A DNA stretch of 64,000 nt. Origin: Chrysemys picta bellii (Eukaryota). Shown here one piece after another: positions 59,901 through 64,000 of the stretch. Location: NCBI RefSeq assembly GCF_011386835.1, contig NC_088800.1, forward strand, positions 74,834,001-74,898,000, given 5' to 3'. Position 1 is the first letter of the stretch, and the number at the start of each line of letters is the position of its first letter. A program made the position numbers and the translations under genes. The notes beneath the pieces are model-generated. The model was not told the DNA's origin. It did no database searches and saw only the letters and a list, made by a program, of their open reading frames with translations.

Positions 59901-62900
59901 AAAGAGTGAGACCTTTACACTGAAGTGACAAATGGAGGCACGACCAAGTGCAAGTGATCTCGATGTTAGTAAGAAGGCAAATTTGGACAAATGGGTAAGC
60001 CTGTTGCCAAATTGTTGTTCAAGAGGAGTGAACCCTACCTCATTATGTTTCAGAGCTGTCAACCCATGTGATTGCTAGTTCACTGTGCAGCTAACCACTA
60101 GGAGGCACTGATGCTATTTCCTTAGGACTCCCAATACCAATTGTACCGTATAAATTTCATCCAAGGAACTGATTGCTTTAGAAGAGAAGATGGCACTTTC
60201 CTCATCAAAAAAGAGATTTTGTAAAAGATTTAGGAGCCAATATTTCCATTGACTTCAGTGAGCATTGGACCAGGTCCTAGCTGCTCTCAGTCTTGGTCCT
60301 TCTGGGTGTCAAACCTAACTCTAGACTTCTGAGCAATATGTTGGGATGGTCCCACTATCCTATTATGCCCCCCATTGCTTAGACCAGCAACTCAGCAGTT
60401 AATGCCATGTCCCTCTATTCCTTTTTCCCTATTGTTTTGACAGTAATAAAAACACTATGAACTTTTATGTCACTTTACAAAGTGCCCATGTAAAGGTATC
60501 TTTGGAAAATGACAAGGTCTTTGGCAGAAGCTGACAACCTCAGAAGATCAGTTCTAGAGCCAAAACGTTGTCATGTCTCTTACTCTTCTACAGAAATGTT
60601 ACCAGAAGGAGATTAAGCTCTTCTGGGCTGATGTCAAGACCTGCACTTGCTGCTCCAGACATTGTGAAAATCCAATATTTCAGACCTATTCATGGAAAAG
60701 AGCACACTTATTGAATCAAAGTCTAAGGAAAAGTGAATTGAAGTATTTCTTAACTGGAGAGGTCACAATGTGCCAAATTCAGAGTCAGATTTAGACAGGG
60801 TATAAATTATGTTTACCTATTCCAATCCCCAGCACATAAATTATACTAGCCTACCCTGAGACAGCTTGACTCTGCCCTCATTTACATGGGTTTCATACTC
60901 CTTCATCACAGTTACTTCTGTTTTATACCTGTGAGTGTGTGAGAAGCAAAGAAGCATGGGAAAAGTGTCCTGTAGCAAAGAATTACAGTCTTTTCCCCTC
61001 TTCTCTTCATTTGCCTTGCTTCAAAGTGAAAGGTATGAATTAATGCATCTCTGTGGAATGCTGGCTAAAAAAGGTGTCCTAGCTCCAGAAGCACCTACTT
61101 CTTGCTTTCCAAATGGTGCAGAGCAGATGCATAGTAGAAAAATAGTAGCAACAAAATATTCTATTATTCCGTTGGTTTAGTTAGGAGAACAGTAGGATAT
61201 ATAGATATATTGTCATTGTCATATGGAGACGGCCGGGGAATGTTGGAGTGCCACATTATAGAGGATAATTGTTCTCCATTTAAACATTTGCCCCGTACCC
61301 TCTGCACCTGCACAGGGGAGTGAGTGGGTATAAAGTACTCACATATTCCCCTGCATGGGCCCAGAAGATCCCAGCATGTTTGGGGAAAGCACCTGCCACT
61401 GTGCCAGAGCTCCCCACTCTCAAACAGGTGGATAGGGAATAGGTGATGCATTGGTCCCATTCGTCCCATTCCCACACTGCCGGGGAAATGATCTGCTGCT
61501 AGTACAGACTAGCTCATTTCCCTGGTGGAGCAAGGGAGAACAGGGAGAGAATTGTGACTCTGAGTACAAATCCTTCTCTGGTCTGCTGCTGGGGGCAGTG
61601 TAGCCCCTTAGTCAGGGCAGACTGTGAACTCAGAATCTAGCCCTTAATGAGAAAGATGTATGACCCTACACATCGGTCTGTTGCCCCTGAGTCCCTGTCT
61701 GACCAGTACAGCAGCCAAGGGGCTTTGTTGTCACCAGGGAGTGCAACAACATATATCAAATAAGAACTCACCTTGGTGATATTTGAAAAGAGAAGCAAGA
61801 AAAGCTGGACCTGCAAGTGAATTAATTGATCTGAAAATGAAAAATTGACTGGCCCTTGTCAAAAACTGCTGAGTCCAGGGAACTTGTGCAGGGGCTTAGT
61901 TCTGAACATTCAGCCTTTTCTGCAAATCATTCTTTTCCCTGTGGGCCCAGGTCCATTGAGCTGAGTAAAGACTGACTATAACCAAAGTAAGACATTCAGG
62001 ATTTGGCTGTATGTTTTTATGATCTTCTTTACTTTGAGGAAGGACACGCCTGTAACCTTTGCTGGGTGGAGCGGTGTTCATCCTAATCAGCTTAACATAA
62101 AGAACATTAAAAATATCAACTCACAAGGGGAAATTGGGTTAGTCTCTGTTTATAAAAGGTAACACTAGAGAAGGAATCATTCTAGATAATGTCCTCTGTC
62201 CCTTTCCCCCCGACCTGAGTAAATATCTGTAACGCTCTCATTCTTGGACACTATGTAGTTTAGAGGGCTATCTTGCCTCAACAAGACACTTAGTTTTTTT
62301 TAAAGGGAATTGAATCAAAATAACCATAGAGGAAAGTATAACTCAAGGAGGAAGGAAAGTTAACACAATACAAGTCACAGGGATATCCTGAAATTTTAAA
62401 ACGTGAGATGGAGGAAAAGGTGATTTCACTTGTCAGAATTACCCACTTCACAAAAACAACCTTCAAAATCATGTTCATTTTATAAAAGAATATCTGGCTG
62501 GCTTTAAAATGTTTAACTTTGATTCTGGTTTCTTTGGTAGTAAGTATTTATAGCCCGGTCTTTCACCATTGTCAGTGAAAAACTTGCAAGTACTTCTGGT
62601 GGATTTTAAATAAACCTGTTTTCTATTGGTGGTATCAAAGCTAACGAATATCTAGGAATGCAATCACTTTGACTTGGTTTTCTGGAAGCTATATTGGACA
62701 ATGACAGACAAAATGAAAACTTCTGAATGGGCAAAAGTGAATTTGATCCACACCAGAAAGCATTCAAAGGATATTCAGGAATTAAAGTACATGCAGCATT
62801 CTGCTGGCAATCTGATGTATGAAACTCGAATACAAAACCACAAATCAATTCCGAGCTGCAATTTAAATAAGTTCTCATTTAAGTCAGCTCACGAAAAGCA

Positions 62901-63869
62901 GGTGTGTGTGTGTTGGGTGCCCTTTTAACTGTGGACTTATAGTTAATGTTCATGTCCTAATATGGGCCATATTCTCTCCAGCCATATAAAAATGTGCATG
63001 AAAAGTTCTGCTGTATCAGTGGCTCATAAAATGTGCCACACAGTGCTGTTTGTTCCATGTGTAAGGCCAGTTTTTGGAATGCAAAAATAGCCATTGCTAG
63101 AAAATAACCTGAAGCCTGGAAAACCCTAGAGAAAAATCTGAAAACCTGCAGAACAGTTATCGAATGCATCCTCTGTGCCTCCTATTGGGGCCACATTCCC
63201 ACCAGTACCATTAACATAGTTGCTCGGCTTCCTTGCTTTCAATCCAATGGTTCATTGCTGATGGATGTGCAATTCAGCTCATCCAATGTGTTGCACAGGC
63301 CACACATGCCTCTAGCAGTATTAATTTATCATGAATTTCCCATTGTATCTCACGTTCAGCTTTGGGAGGAGCATATGGTACACAGATCTGTGGGGTTATG
63401 ACTCTACCTCACCTTGGTCCTTGGCATGCCTCCATATCAGGACTCTTGCAGATGTGCTGTGCTTCCAGTTTAATGGGGCATGCTGTTAGCAGGAGCACGC
63501 TGCTCAGTCCGTTTGTACACTGGCGATAGGATCCCCCTTTTCATGATCACTTATAACTTCCTGCCCAATCTGTTCAGTCTGTGGCACACAAATTACAGTC
63601 AGAGATGCTCTGCAAGCTCGTTTTACCCAGAGATCTCAAAGCACTTTACAAAGGCAGGGTGAGCTTCATTATTATCCTGGTTTCACAGACTCCAATCATG
63701 AGTGTCCAACTGGAGATACTTCAGGCCTGATTTTCAGAGGTGCTGTGTACTCTCAGCTCCCGTTGGCTTTAGTTAGAGCAGTTGCCGTTCGGCACTTCTG
63801 AAAACCAGGCCCCCAGGGAGCACTCAGAATTTAAGGCACTCAAAATTCATGCACACTTTGAAAATGTAG

Positions 63870-63972
63870 CCCTAAGTGACTTCTTCCTCAAGGTCTCCTA
63901 ACAAAAGAGTGGAAAGTTGGGAATGAAAGTTAGGCTCCTAATCCGTGCACAATCCACTAGACCACACAGCTG
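63870..63972 (-). mobile_element. MIR-like SINE fragment
   Basis: ctaagtgactt...caaggtc ... ccactagaccacacagctgcc (tRNA-like head on the minus strand). Confidence 0.5.
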
Positions 63973-64000
63973 CCAAGACTGTTGTCTCTGTTGGATGCTG

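Overview
This is non-coding, repeat-rich vertebrate genomic DNA, almost certainly from a cryptodiran (hidden-necked) turtle: two copies of the tRNA-Lys-derived tortoise PolIII/SINE sit among turtle-type CR1, Penelope, hAT, PIF/Harbinger and Tigger elements. I found no complete gene, true tRNA/rRNA or CRISPR array. Wherever I could interpret a six-frame ORF, it was a transposon, a microsatellite or a chance ORF. The window looks like a large intron or intergenic region, and I could not name a host gene. Best-supported structure: many non-autonomous DNA transposons (several with perfect target-site duplications, several nested), two near-full-length 5S-rRNA-derived AmnSINE1 copies, CR1 fragments, a solo LTR and Penelope-like fragments. 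Most interesting signals: (1) minimal hammerhead-ribozyme motifs in the Penelope-like fragments, one nearly intact at 56810-56850; (2) a sharply bounded 32-bp direct repeat around a 1.6-kb block that contains a well-formed 72-nt exon candidate; (3) short exon/microexon candidates with strong splice signals on both strands; (4) an inverted SINE pair and a 59-bp near-perfect hairpin that could form dsRNA. Repeat family names come from pattern recognition and prior knowledge, not a database search. All exon calls are unverified.
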